43,719 bases of DNA from IMG/VR virus record IMGVR_UViG_3300030382_003089, positions 1 through 43,719 of that record. One strand, written 5' to 3'. The position numbers were made by a program, and so were the translations under genes. This document shows, in pieces, positions 29,969 to 38,256 of this stretch. The DNA comes from a virus. Lineage: Duplodnaviria > Caudoviricetes. The notes beneath the pieces are model-generated. The model worked only from the letters and a program-made list of their open reading frames with translations, was not told where the DNA came from and did not search any database. Numbering within the stretch: the stretch's first letter is position 1; the number at the start of each line of letters is the position of its first letter.

Positions 29969-30203
29969 GTACTACGATAGTACTACTTGAATGATATTAT
30001 TCATTAATTACCCTCGACACAGTCACGCTTAATATGCGTGTTTTTCAGATTCAATGCCCGCTGACCGCCAGAATTTGAAAACAACATAACAGACAGCATA
30101 AAACAACAAATGATCGATTCCATGCACACATTATATATAACTGATTTAATCTCGACAACTTATTTCACTTGACATCCATTATAGATCAATTGTTTAATAT
30201 TGC

Positions 30204-30232
30204 TTGTATAACATGTTAGACAAATGTATAAT
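30204..30232 (+). promoter_or_regulatory. Sigma70-type promoter of the recombinase cassette with overlapping operator-like palindrome
   Basis: TTGTAT-17bp-TATAAT. ttgtataaca/tgttagacaa inverted repeat (9/10) at 30204-30223. AAGGA RBS before 30264. A second TTGACA lies at 30169. Confidence 0.65.
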
Positions 30233-30263
30233 ATAGTATCGATATGAATGAAAGGAACAGCAA

Positions 30264-31532
30264 ATGAGTACTATTTACATAAAAGATAAATACTACTATT
30301 ATGCTCATGGTAGAAAAGGTAGACCTGGCTATATTAAGCCAGAGACAACCAGTATTTCTGTTGTTCAGTTTGGTAAGAGAGAGGCTGAAAGATTAGCCAG
30401 AGAATATCAAATAAAAAGAGATAGCCAGAGGATTAATATTAAAAATGGCAATCCTGATATTATTGATGTTTCCCACTTACCTGCTGATATCAAATTAGAG
30501 ATACGCAGTATCATTAATAACTATACTAATGGTACAATCAATGAGCAAGCTGCTGCGACTGGGACTATTGTTCACAACAAGGTCCAGGACCTGATTAAAT
30601 CAAAGACTTATGAAGAGATTCGTAATTCTTGGTTAAAGGGTGTGAAGGCTCGCGGCACTACACCAACAAAGAAAAGAGTAAAAGTAACTGAGGGTTGGTT
30701 AAAGAAAGAACAAACCTATTATAATGTATTCTCTTCTTTCGTTGGTAAAGACACTCTGATTAATAACATAAGCCTTGAAGTGGTTCAGAACTTCATTGAC
30801 CAGAAGAGTCTTGAAGGCAAGTCAGGTTCAACGATAGCCAAGTATCTGCAAACAACTGGCATGATATTTGATTACGCTATTAAGCATAAATACTATCCAA
30901 AAGAGGATGGTAATCCTACAAGTTCAGAAAATGCTTATAGACCTGATACAATTGCCAAAAGGCGATATGTGATCTTACCGCATGAAGTAGTCAATAAAAC
31001 CATAGCTGAAGCGAATGATGAGGATAAAATATTCTGGACATTCCTTAAGCATACTGGATTAAATCCTGCTGACATTAGCAGCTTAACTCCAGATATGGTT
31101 ATAGAGCGTACTGGACAAAGTGGTAAGAAGGTCAAAGCTATAGTTAAATGGCGTAATAAGACTAGAAGCAGTGCCAAGAAGCCAGTATACATTGTTCTAA
31201 ATGATGCAGTACACAATGTCCTGGATACATACGGCAAGAAATGCTTTGGACTGTACCCCACAAGAAACGAGCAGTACAACTCAACCGAGAGATTCAAGAC
31301 AGCGATAATAAAGCAAGGCCATAAGACTGAAGATGATCTCAAGACTGAGATATTCTCTCTTGGTTGTCTTAGGCATTCCAACTTCACTTATCGCAGGATA
31401 GATAGTGATGCCAGTTTAGAGGAAATAACTCATGTATCTGGCCACAACTCAACGGAAATGCTCACTGATTGTTACATTCAGGATGTGAACTGGGACCGTG
31501 AGTTAGAACTAGCTAACGCGATAGATAAGTAG
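30264..31532 (+). CDS. int: Tyrosine recombinase/integrase with atypical catalytic motifs (422 aa)
   Basis: SAM-like core (STIAKYL....IFDYA), HTGLNPADI, WRNKT, GCLRHS, SGH..EM...Y. Confidence 0.85.
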   Translation: MSTIYIKDKYYYYAHGRKGRPGYIKPETTSISVVQFGKREAERLAREYQIKRDSQRINIKNGNPDIIDVSHLPADIKLEIRSIINNYTNGTINEQAAATGTIVHNKVQDLIKSKTYEEIRNSWLKGVKARGTTPTKKRVKVTEGWLKKEQTYYNVFSSFVGKDTLINNISLEVVQNFIDQKSLEGKSGSTIAKYLQTTGMIFDYAIKHKYYPKEDGNPTSSENAYRPDTIAKRRYVILPHEVVNKTIAEANDEDKIFWTFLKHTGLNPADISSLTPDMVIERTGQSGKKVKAIVKWRNKTRSSAKKPVYIVLNDAVHNVLDTYGKKCFGLYPTRNEQYNSTERFKTAIIKQGHKTEDDLKTEIFSLGCLRHSNFTYRRIDSDASLEEITHVSGHNSTEMLTDCYIQDVNWDRELELANAIDK

Positions 31533-31534
31533 TC

Positions 31535-31726
31535 ATGGATACAGCTAACGACTTCATCTTTGATAGCTTATGTGATCATGTGTTTCCCCTGGTTGAACAT
31601 CTTCTAGGGGAAGCACTTAATAGTGATGTGATAGTGCAATGCATTATTGATGATTTTAACCTGGCTCGCAGTACCGCTGAAAGAGTCTATGAAGCATATG
31701 AGGTAAACAATGTCAAACAAAGTTAG
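31535..31726 (+). CDS. Hypothetical protein (63 aa)
   Basis: Starts 2 bp after the int stop, in the same operon. Confidence 0.6.
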   Translation: MDTANDFIFDSLCDHVFPLVEHLLGEALNSDVIVQCIIDDFNLARSTAERVYEAYEVNNVKQS

Positions 31727-31811
31727 AGATATTCTGGTATCAGCAATGATCACCTGGATCATTATTGTTGAGGCATCCTGGTGGATCGTAAGAACATTTG
31801 GTGATAAATAA
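31710..31811 (+). CDS. Small membrane peptide (33 aa; below the ORF-track cutoff)
   Basis: GAGGT RBS. MSNKVRDILVSAMITWIIIVEASWWIVRTFGDK. Its stop overlaps the next ATG. Confidence 0.55.
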   Translation: MSNKVRDILVSAMITWIIIVEASWWIVRTFGDK

Positions 31812-31975
31812 TGGCTGCGTTTAAAATGATGAAAGTAGAAATCTCAGATAGAGAGCATGCCGAATTGGCTTTTGCTGCCCGACTGGCGAAAATGAGTATC
31901 CAGAAATATCTGGGTATGGCCCTCAGGTCATACATCCATACTACTGCCAGACACGAAATAAGGCGTAAAGGCTAG
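31811..31975 (+). CDS. Ribbon-helix-helix-like DNA-binding protein (54 aa; below cutoff)
   Basis: MAAFKMMKVEISDREHAELAFAARLAKMSIQKYLGMALRSY fits a beta-strand/helix/S-capped helix RHH pattern. Confidence 0.6.
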   Translation: MAAFKMMKVEISDREHAELAFAARLAKMSIQKYLGMALRSYIHTTARHEIRRKG

Positions 31976-32012
31976 TAACCCACTAATAATCGTAAACCTA
32001 TAGGAGGTAATA

Positions 32013-32375
32013 ATGGAAATAAACACACTAGGACAAAAAAGCTATGGTAAGTGGGCAACACATACCCCTTACCGTGACCCCTTAAGAGTAGAATTAGTAG
32101 ATAATGATAGCAAAGATTTTATTAATAGTGGGGAGCGGAAAATCATTTGCACGATAGAACATTCTCCTTACGAGGAAGACTTTGCTGACCTAATAGCAGC
32201 AGCACCTGTAATGCTTGAAGTATGCAGAGAAATTGTGTCTAGTACAAAGAAAAATGCGCCTGTCTTCTATGAAGAGATAGAAGAAGCAGCATTAAAAGGA
32301 AGTGCAGAGCACAGTGATGAACCAATATATTGGGCAATTGAAATTCTCAATAAATTAGGCGAAGAAATCAGGTAA
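32013..32375 (+). CDS. Phage early hypothetical protein of the LIAAAP family (120 aa)
   Basis: Perfect AGGAGG RBS. HTP and ADLIAAAPVMLE motifs are common in phage early genes. Confidence 0.75.
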   Translation: MEINTLGQKSYGKWATHTPYRDPLRVELVDNDSKDFINSGERKIICTIEHSPYEEDFADLIAAAPVMLEVCREIVSSTKKNAPVFYEEIEEAALKGSAEHSDEPIYWAIEILNKLGEEIR

Positions 32376-32395
32376 GAGCAGCCACCCTCCAAAAG

Positions 32396-32425
32396 AAAAG
32401 GCCCCGATTAAGGGGCCTTTTTTTT
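32396..32425. terminator. Bidirectional intrinsic terminator
   Basis: aaaaggcccc-gattaa-ggggcctttttttt between convergent operons. Confidence 0.9.
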
Positions 32426-32610
32426 ATCATGTATCATCCTATACTCTCTGCGACACCTAACAAGAATATTTTCCATCTCTATACGGCTGCACTTCCACAA
32501 TTCTTTGTCACCAACTACCAATCGTTTCAAAATAATTGTTCTTTTAACACCAATGCCATTAGGATAATCCTGTTGGGCAATGGCATATCTAGATATTAAA
32601 TCGTAATGGT

Positions 32611-32757
32611 CTATTTTAACCTGCTATATATCGATTCTATTAATTCACTCAAAGCGATCAATGGGACCACTATTAATGTCAGTAGTAATAGAATCATTAG
32701 TTTAATTGTATAACCAACTTGTATAATAACATTTCTTATAGATGTATTTATTTTCAA
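32611..32757 (-). CDS. Possible small membrane protein (48 aa; below cutoff)
   Basis: TTG overlaps the upstream TGA. Contains LMILLLLTLIVVPLIAL. Confidence 0.4.
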   Translation of the reverse strand: MKINTSIRNVIIQVGYTIKLMILLLLTLIVVPLIALSELIESIYSRLK

Positions 32758-32951
32758 TCGACTCTCCTTTTTTTAGGTAATCCTGGCGCACCTTTACCCC
32801 ATTTTCTTTCTTCAAGATCATTTAATCTTTCTTGCAAAGCAACAGTACTCTTACCAAGTCTGTAGTTTTTATTAATAAGTTCTCTATAAACCGATCTAGT
32901 CTCATACTCTATCCAAGTTTCCTGTTTCTTTTTTTGTTTTGATTGTTTCAT
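32754..32951 (-). CDS. Hypothetical basic protein (65 aa)
   Basis: In operon order, GGAG upstream. Confidence 0.55.
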   Translation of the reverse strand: MKQSKQKKKQETWIEYETRSVYRELINKNYRLGKSTVALQERLNDLEERKWGKGAPGLPKKRRVD

Positions 32952-33162
32952 CTAATCTTTCTCCAGTCTGTGGGTGTCTTGTTTCTTTTAGTTCGTTCTC
33001 CATCTTCTCGCGATCCTCAATATCTTTCTTATACTCTCTAATATCTGTTAAGAGGTTTTTAACCTCAGCCGCATCGGACTTCATAGATATTAGTTTATCT
33101 CTATGATCCTGTAGGGCTTTAATAATAATATTTTGCCTTAGTTTATTAATTTTAATTGTCAT
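32902..33162 (-). CDS. Hypothetical coiled-coil protein (86 aa)
   Basis: Overlaps both neighbours in the operon. Confidence 0.6.
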   Translation of the reverse strand: MTIKINKLRQNIIIKALQDHRDKLISMKSDAAEVKNLLTDIREYKKDIEDREKMENELKETRHPQTGERLDETIKTKKETGNLDRV

Positions 33163-33499
33163 CAGTGTGGCCCTTCATAATAGCGATCACTGTATCAACT
33201 ATAATTTGTCCATCAGGATCATTACGATGTCTTCTAAGAGATGTAATAACAGCAGACCTCATTCGGTCCTCCCAGACATCTTCCAACCACTGAGGATCAA
33301 CAGTGTCGGGATCAATAATAACCGTATCAGTAGTACCATCATTAACACCATCAGCCTTTGGTAAATGTTCCATCATCAGCAGTACTTCATTCAGGCTACT
33401 TTCAATCCTGGATAGTGATTTAAAGATTGATTCGTTAAGAGATTCTGTTACAGTTATATCCACATCTTCTACGGAAGTGCTTATGTTATTATGAGCCAT
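33152..33499 (-). CDS. Hypothetical protein (115 aa)
   Basis: GAGGGG RBS, in operon order. Confidence 0.65.
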   Translation of the reverse strand: MAHNNISTSVEDVDITVTESLNESIFKSLSRIESSLNEVLLMMEHLPKADGVNDGTTDTVIIDPDTVDPQWLEDVWEDRMRSAVITSLRRHRNDPDGQIIVDTVIAIMKGHTDDN

Positions 33500-33917
33500 T
33501 AGGTCCCCTCTCTTTTTTCAGGTTATATAATAATTCTTTTACTACTGCTCTTGCCGCCAGGTCCTTATCCTTTGGTATTTTTATGGTCCGCTTGTCATCC
33601 CTCTGTTGTTGTAGCCATAATATTTCTTCTGGTGTTCTATATTTAGATAATATTTCGTAAGCATCAGCAGGAGACTGGTCCACTTTTATATGGCAGCCGA
33701 CACACAACGACACACAATTCAACGGTTCCCACCTGGTCTTAATGTTGGCCCTACCAAACCATAGGTGAGCGCAATGCAGCTTACGAGAGTCCACACCCTG
33801 TATATACTCATTACCACACTTCTGACAGGTCCAGTCATCTCTCGTCCTGACATACTCAGAAAAGATAATATCAGTCCTAGTCCTCTTAATCTTTTCGCCA
33901 CGGCCACCCCAACTCAT
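33489..33917 (-). CDS. NinG/Rap-like junction endonuclease
   Basis: FSEYVRTRD..TCQKCG...HCAH...R...TRWEPLNCVSLCVGCH zinc/HNH-like pattern. Confidence 0.82.
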   Translation of the reverse strand: MSWGGRGEKIKRTRTDIIFSEYVRTRDDWTCQKCGNEYIQGVDSRKLHCAHLWFGRANIKTRWEPLNCVSLCVGCHIKVDQSPADAYEILSKYRTPEEILWLQQQRDDKRTIKIPKDKDLAARAVVKELLYNLKKERGPNGS

Positions 33918-34726
33918 CTGAAATACTTCAACTCACTCTCTAGCACCAAAGAATTCTGACTACAATTATCACACTTTACCTTCCAAGTAGGCAATGGTGA
34001 TTCTTTCTTGGTATTACATTCAGTACATATGTAGTAATGCATATTAGGGGGGTTGGGTCTATCTACATTAGCCTGGCCATTGAAGCTATTTTTAGATCTT
34101 TTTTCCCAGGTAACAAGTCTTCTAGTAGTGTCCCAGGTTTTTTCCATCTCAAACCTCATCCTGGTTTTAGACTTATTAGGCTCGGTCCAATATTGTATAA
34201 AGTTGGTAAGCATATCTTTTGTATACTGATTTCTTTTTTCCATAACTGAATTTTCAAATTTCGTTTGCCTACTTTCTAATTCTTTTTCATTCTTAACATT
34301 CTTTTCATTCTTACCATTCTTTAGTTGTGTCTTTTGGTTGTCTTTTGGTTGTCCAGTTGGTGTTCTCTTGGTCGTACCACTGGTGTGTGCTTGGTCCTGG
34401 TAAGTGTCGTAGTTACAGATACTTAGCTGTGTGTAATGGTGTGTGCTTTTGCGGTTGATCATTGTGTCCTTTTCGAGTAGGCTTAGAAAATGCCTAACCT
34501 TAGTCCTGGACCACTTTAAATCATGGCTAAGTTTGGTTAATGATGTAATGATTTGACCGCGTTTGATTAACACCAGGTCCTTTTCAACCAGCCATGTCTT
34601 AGTTTTATGATTGGCCATAATAAGTAAATGAATCCATGCTTTTAAGTATTCAGCGTTATCATACACCCAGTGTTTCTTAATATCTCTATGCAGCTTTATC
34701 CAGCCTGTGTTACGATCTTTTTGCAT
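33914..34726 (-). CDS. Replication initiator / replisome organiser (270 aa)
   Basis: GWIKLHR, LLIMANH, RGQIITS..KL...W winged helix, SICNYDTYQ, low-complexity linker, FIQYWTE..MRFEMEKTW.TRRL.TW domain, CxxC...CxxC tail. Confidence 0.85.
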   Translation of the reverse strand: MQKDRNTGWIKLHRDIKKHWVYDNAEYLKAWIHLLIMANHKTKTWLVEKDLVLIKRGQIITSLTKLSHDLKWSRTKVRHFLSLLEKDTMINRKSTHHYTQLSICNYDTYQDQAHTSGTTKRTPTGQPKDNQKTQLKNGKNEKNVKNEKELESRQTKFENSVMEKRNQYTKDMLTNFIQYWTEPNKSKTRMRFEMEKTWDTTRRLVTWEKRSKNSFNGQANVDRPNPPNMHYYICTECNTKKESPLPTWKVKCDNCSQNSLVLESELKYFR

Positions 34727-34922
34727 CTCGCCTAACTATAGCTGCATATAAGTAAAAAACGAGGTCCAGGGCCTCTTCATACGCTTCATCTAGCCAATCC
34801 CTGGGGTCATTAAGCATAGCTGCCTGATCCAATTGTTTTTTACCATAGATATCCCCACCAGCCTTTAACCTGGCCTGGATATCGTTAGCTATTTTCTTAG
34901 ATATTTCCTTATTTGGATTCAT
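34710..34922 (-). CDS. Small all-alpha NTP-pyrophosphatase-like phage protein (70 aa)
   Basis: R..G...YG...DWLDEAYEEALD..YL motif. Confidence 0.5.
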   Translation of the reverse strand: MNPNKEISKKIANDIQARLKAGGDIYGKKQLDQAAMLNDPRDWLDEAYEEALDLVFYLYAAIVRRDAKRS

Positions 34923-35076
34923 TTATTTCCTTTTCAGCTTGTTCACGCAATTCCTTTTTATCTTTATCGCTCAAAGTTTTCCATTCATCCATGAAATCAT
35001 TTTTTCCGTCTATATCAACCCCTAGCATAGACTTTAAGTATAGTAATGGCGTTTTTGGTTTATCAGGTACTGACAT
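34909..35076 (-). CDS. Hypothetical protein (55 aa; below cutoff)
   Basis: AAGGAG RBS. MSVPDKPKTPLLYLK...FMDEWKTLSDKDKKELRE fills the gap in the operon. Confidence 0.7.
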   Translation of the reverse strand: MSVPDKPKTPLLYLKSMLGVDIDGKNDFMDEWKTLSDKDKKELREQAEKEINESK

Positions 35077-35077
35077 A

Positions 35078-35365
35078 TTATTCTCCTTTTATTTTTCCAT
35101 TGACTCTCATATCGTGACCTTTTTTAGATATATCTGATCTACGATTCCTAAGAACTTGATTAGAGTGCCTAGCCATTTTACTGTATTTAATAACTTCAGC
35201 AATTGCTCTACGCTTTTTCGGACTCATACCTTTTAGTACATCTTCCAAAAAAGATACTAAAGTTATAGCTGTATTAGAGTTCATTATTGTTGCATCCAGA
35301 TTCCCAAACTCGGTGTGTTTAGTCCCCTGTACATGTGGTATGTAACTCATTTGAACATCTCCCAT
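35078..35365 (-). CDS. Hypothetical protein (95 aa; may start at the second Met)
   Basis: In operon order, overlapping the upstream gene. Confidence 0.6.
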   Translation of the reverse strand: MGDVQMSYIPHVQGTKHTEFGNLDATIMNSNTAITLVSFLEDVLKGMSPKKRRAIAEVIKYSKMARHSNQVLRNRRSDISKKGHDMRVNGKIKGE

Positions 35366-35859
35366 CCTATTTGTTTTAGTTTAGTGGTTTCTACTAAAGT
35401 AATTTCATCTATTGTCCTGGAATAGACCTTGTACTTTGCATCTCTTCGTCTAGTTACTTTCTTATTACGGTCTACTTCTTTATCTATAAGTGCTTTTAAT
35501 CTTTCTATGGGTACTAAAACCCATGAAGTAAATGTTTCAAATACTACACCATTTGCTCTGCTGGAATAAATCCATCCGTCATCACCTGATACACTTTTCA
35601 ATTCAAGCCAGGTCCAGACATCCTGGACATGGGTATCCTCTCTGCGGATTTTCTTCATATACTTAACATCTATCTTGGTCATAAGATGTATATCCCAGTG
35701 TTCCTTCTTATCTTCTATATTGGGTGCTTTGAAGGCATCGAACCCTACATTGATCATGTAGTCCATAAACCTTCTTTCGGCATCATAGCCTACTTTTTGT
35801 GTTTCCGAGATCATTGGATAAGGCATGTGGTACCTCTGGTATGTGTTAAAGATTGCCAA
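35347..35859 (-). CDS. PD-(D/E)XK-type nuclease (170 aa)
   Basis: GYDAERRF (helix E), HWD, IDVK, WLELK...GW. Confidence 0.65.
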   Translation of the reverse strand: MAIFNTYQRYHMPYPMISETQKVGYDAERRFMDYMINVGFDAFKAPNIEDKKEHWDIHLMTKIDVKYMKKIRREDTHVQDVWTWLELKSVSGDDGWIYSSRANGVVFETFTSWVLVPIERLKALIDKEVDRNKKVTRRRDAKYKVYSRTIDEITLVETTKLKQIGWEMFK

Positions 35860-35914
35860 CCAGGGCAGGACCCCTTTTCACAGTTTGCCCTGCCCTAGTC
35901 ACTTACCAATTAGC

Positions 35915-36208
35915 CTAGAAAGGTAATTTATCCGCAGGTTTTACTGTTTTCGCAGCATAACCTGAAGATTGATAACTTCCTTGACTCTTTTGGCCGTCTT
36001 CAGTTGGTTCCCAAAGGCTAACCTTAGTATACTTGGTGCCAGTTTTTTCTGACACTTTCGGATACAGTCTACCTTTTAGGATTTTCCCACCAACATTAAT
36101 CGTAATGTTTCCAGCATAATTTGTATCTTTATTGTCTGGATCACCATTGGGATCATAATCTTCATTATGAAATATGGTCCCAGTATTCGGCTTATGTTCA
36201 TACGCCAT
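35915..36208 (-). CDS. Putative single-stranded DNA-binding protein (97 aa)
   Basis: NTGTIF..N, YAGNI, beta-rich core, flexible tail ending LPF. Next to the exonuclease. Confidence 0.6.
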   Translation of the reverse strand: MAYEHKPNTGTIFHNEDYDPNGDPDNKDTNYAGNITINVGGKILKGRLYPKVSEKTGTKYTKVSLWEPTEDGQKSQGSYQSSGYAAKTVKPADKLPF

Positions 36209-37157
36209 TGGTTTTGTTCTCCTTTCTGTAGAGATTAAAAGATGAGCGAGGTTCCATTTTTAACCTTGGTACTACATCACCTTTACTGTTTGTATTTTCC
36301 GCAAACCAAAGCCTGGCCGCGTTAACAAATGATTCATAGTCAACCTTCTGATAGTCTAACTTATAAGTAGGCTCAGTGCGATACGCATCAGTTACATAAA
36401 GACTGGCTATATAATCTATCTTATGCATTGGATATTCCATATCCCAACCAGTTTTATAGGCAGCGTTCTGAAGGGCATGGGTCCAGTACTTTCCACCAGT
36501 CTTTAGATCAACCAGCACCAGGCTATTCTTTTTACTGTTCTTAGCCTTTTTCATACTAAGGATCATATCCAGCCTACCAGCAAATCTGAGTTCCGCATTA
36601 TATATAGGATACTCACAAGCTATTGGTGTAGGATTATGTTCTTTCCAAAATGCCACAAACGACTCCAGGTATCTTCTAATAGACATAGAAAATGCCGCCT
36701 CAGTGCCATATGAATACCGCCAAGCCTGATCTTCTTCATTCTGTATTAAGTCTCTTATATCCTGAGCCATTACTTTCTCGCCTTCCACTAAAGCCTTCAT
36801 CCAGTAGTGAACATGGTTACCGCGTATAGCTGCAGCATCCCTGACTTGTGGGGCCAGATGGCCATAGTTGCGGTTCCACTGATTAAACCCATGACCCTTA
36901 TGCAGTATTGATAATAATGTAGTAACACTAGGCCGCCAGTTATTAGTGTCGTTATCACCAACTAAATGATAAAACCTGCCATTACTCAGGTCTTTGTTTG
37001 TGATATGCTGAGTTTCTCGCATTAGTTCTGGGCCAGTGTCAATTTCAGTAGCACCATTCTTTTCTATTTTAAAGCCCTGGGCCGTTAAGGCTTCAATGGC
37101 CTTATCGAGATCAAGACCTTCAAATATTGGTTGCTCTTCTACTTGTTTTTGTGACAT
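36198..37157 (-). CDS. PD-(D/E)XK recombination exonuclease (319 aa)
   Basis: PSVTTLL, RGNHVH, E.PIY, FAGRLD, VDLKTG, LQNAAY. Confidence 0.85.
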   Translation of the reverse strand: MSQKQVEEQPIFEGLDLDKAIEALTAQGFKIEKNGATEIDTGPELMRETQHITNKDLSNGRFYHLVGDNDTNNWRPSVTTLLSILHKGHGFNQWNRNYGHLAPQVRDAAAIRGNHVHYWMKALVEGEKVMAQDIRDLIQNEEDQAWRYSYGTEAAFSMSIRRYLESFVAFWKEHNPTPIACEYPIYNAELRFAGRLDMILSMKKAKNSKKNSLVLVDLKTGGKYWTHALQNAAYKTGWDMEYPMHKIDYIASLYVTDAYRTEPTYKLDYQKVDYESFVNAARLWFAENTNSKGDVVPRLKMEPRSSFNLYRKENKTNGV

Positions 37158-37189
37158 CTATTCTCCTTTATCTTATCTTTTTTAATGAT

Positions 37190-37284
37190 ACCCCCCGCAT
37201 TGAGAATGTGGCCCTAGTTATGGGGTTCGATACGAAGGATGGGCCACTGACCAAGGAGGCTTTGGGTGAAACCACGCGGGGGGT
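37190..37284. ncRNA. Candidate structured intergenic RNA (multi-stem junction)
   Basis: accccccgc/gcggggggt closing stem and gtggccc/gggccac inner stem. GC-rich island in an AT-rich genome. Confidence 0.45.
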
Positions 37285-37289
37285 TAATT

Positions 37290-37847
37290 CTATAAACAAC
37301 ATTTTTTATATTTCTTTTGTGATCCGCACTTACAGGGATCATTACGGCCAGGTAATAGATCAATCTTTATTGGTTTTTTCCTGCGATCTAAAATAGTTTT
37401 ACCATTCAGATGATCTATTTCATGCTGGACCGCTACAGCTTCTAATAATCCATCGGTAATATTTGATCCTCCCATACCATCTACCCCAGAGAAGTACCAG
37501 TTAGCTTCTTCTTGTTCAGTCTTTATAATTACACACTTATACCTAACCGTATCTACACGCTTACCTGGATAAGACAAACACCCCTCACTGGGAAATGGTA
37601 TTTTATCCCATTTGTCTACAATAAATGGATTAATAAGAATCCTTGGTTTTATAACATCGACTACAGCCACTGCCGCCTCAATGCCGATCTGGTTAGCAGC
37701 TAGGCCAACACCAATCATTCCAACAGTAACAGGATTTGCTAATTCAGCAAATAACTCTTCAGCTATTTCCAGGCCCTCTTTAACAGTAACCTTGGGCATA
37801 GGTTTATCTATATGAGGATTTGTATCGGTGTGGCAGTTGATGATCAA
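37290..37847 (-). CDS. def: Peptide deformylase with C-terminal SEC-C zinc motif
   Basis: All three PDF motifs (GVGLAANQIG, EGCLS, QHEIDHL) plus GRNDPCKCGSQKKYKKCC. Confidence 0.93.
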   Translation of the reverse strand: MIINCHTDTNPHIDKPMPKVTVKEGLEIAEELFAELANPVTVGMIGVGLAANQIGIEAAVAVVDVIKPRILINPFIVDKWDKIPFPSEGCLSYPGKRVDTVRYKCVIIKTEQEEANWYFSGVDGMGGSNITDGLLEAVAVQHEIDHLNGKTILDRRKKPIKIDLLPGRNDPCKCGSQKKYKKCCL

Positions 37848-37848
37848 G

Positions 37849-38043
37849 TTAGACTGTTGTCTTAACTATATAATTATCTACTTCTTCTGTATTTATCCTA
37901 TAGGTTCTGTAGCCAAATTTATTGGCTTTAAGTTGGCCAGAATGGATCAAATCCATAACCATTCTGCGAGATATTCCTAGTTTATTTGCTGTCTGTCGAG
38001 TACTTAACCAGGAAATAGGCGAGGTTGTCATTACTTCTTGCAT
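37849..38043 (-). CDS. Excisionase/HTH_17-like DNA-binding protein (64 aa)
   Basis: WLSTRQTANKLGISRRMV..LIHSGQLKA.KFG..YRI. First gene of the early operon. Confidence 0.8.
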   Translation of the reverse strand: MQEVMTTSPISWLSTRQTANKLGISRRMVMDLIHSGQLKANKFGYRTYRINTEEVDNYIVKTTV

Positions 38044-38164
38044 GTGGCGAACTCCAAATCATTAGATTGATCTATAAATAACGATCAGATAATACAAATG
38101 TTTAATTACTTATAAAATACTTTTCTTTACTTAGTTGTATGAATGGGACTATTATTATATAATG

Positions 38165-38208
38165 TAGTAGTACCATAGTAGTACAATAGTAGTACTATAG
38201 TAGTACTT
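38165..38208. repeat. Four tandem 11-bp repeats TAGTAGTACNN
   Basis: tagtagtacca tagtagtacaa tagtagtacta tagtagtactt. Confidence 0.95.
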
Positions 38209-38226
38209 CATCGCATCAAATCATAT

Positions 38227-38256
38227 TTAGTTGTATTTAGTTATACTTACTTGTAT
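38227..38256. repeat. Three tandem 10-bp repeats (TTAGTTGTAT-like)
   Basis: ttagttgtat ttagttatac ttacttgtat, with another ttagttgtat at 38131. Confidence 0.7.

Noticed and set aside
36198-37157. Cas4 indicating a CRISPR system
   Set aside because: It lacks the four-Cys Fe-S cluster pattern and lies beside an SSB-like gene, as expected for a phage recombination exonuclease.
37241-37275. Hammerhead ribozyme (CTGA...GAAA) or tRNA (GGTTCGA at 37224)
   Set aside because: The core reads CTGACCA, not CUGANGA, and the stems do not fit. There is no T-stem pairing or cloverleaf.
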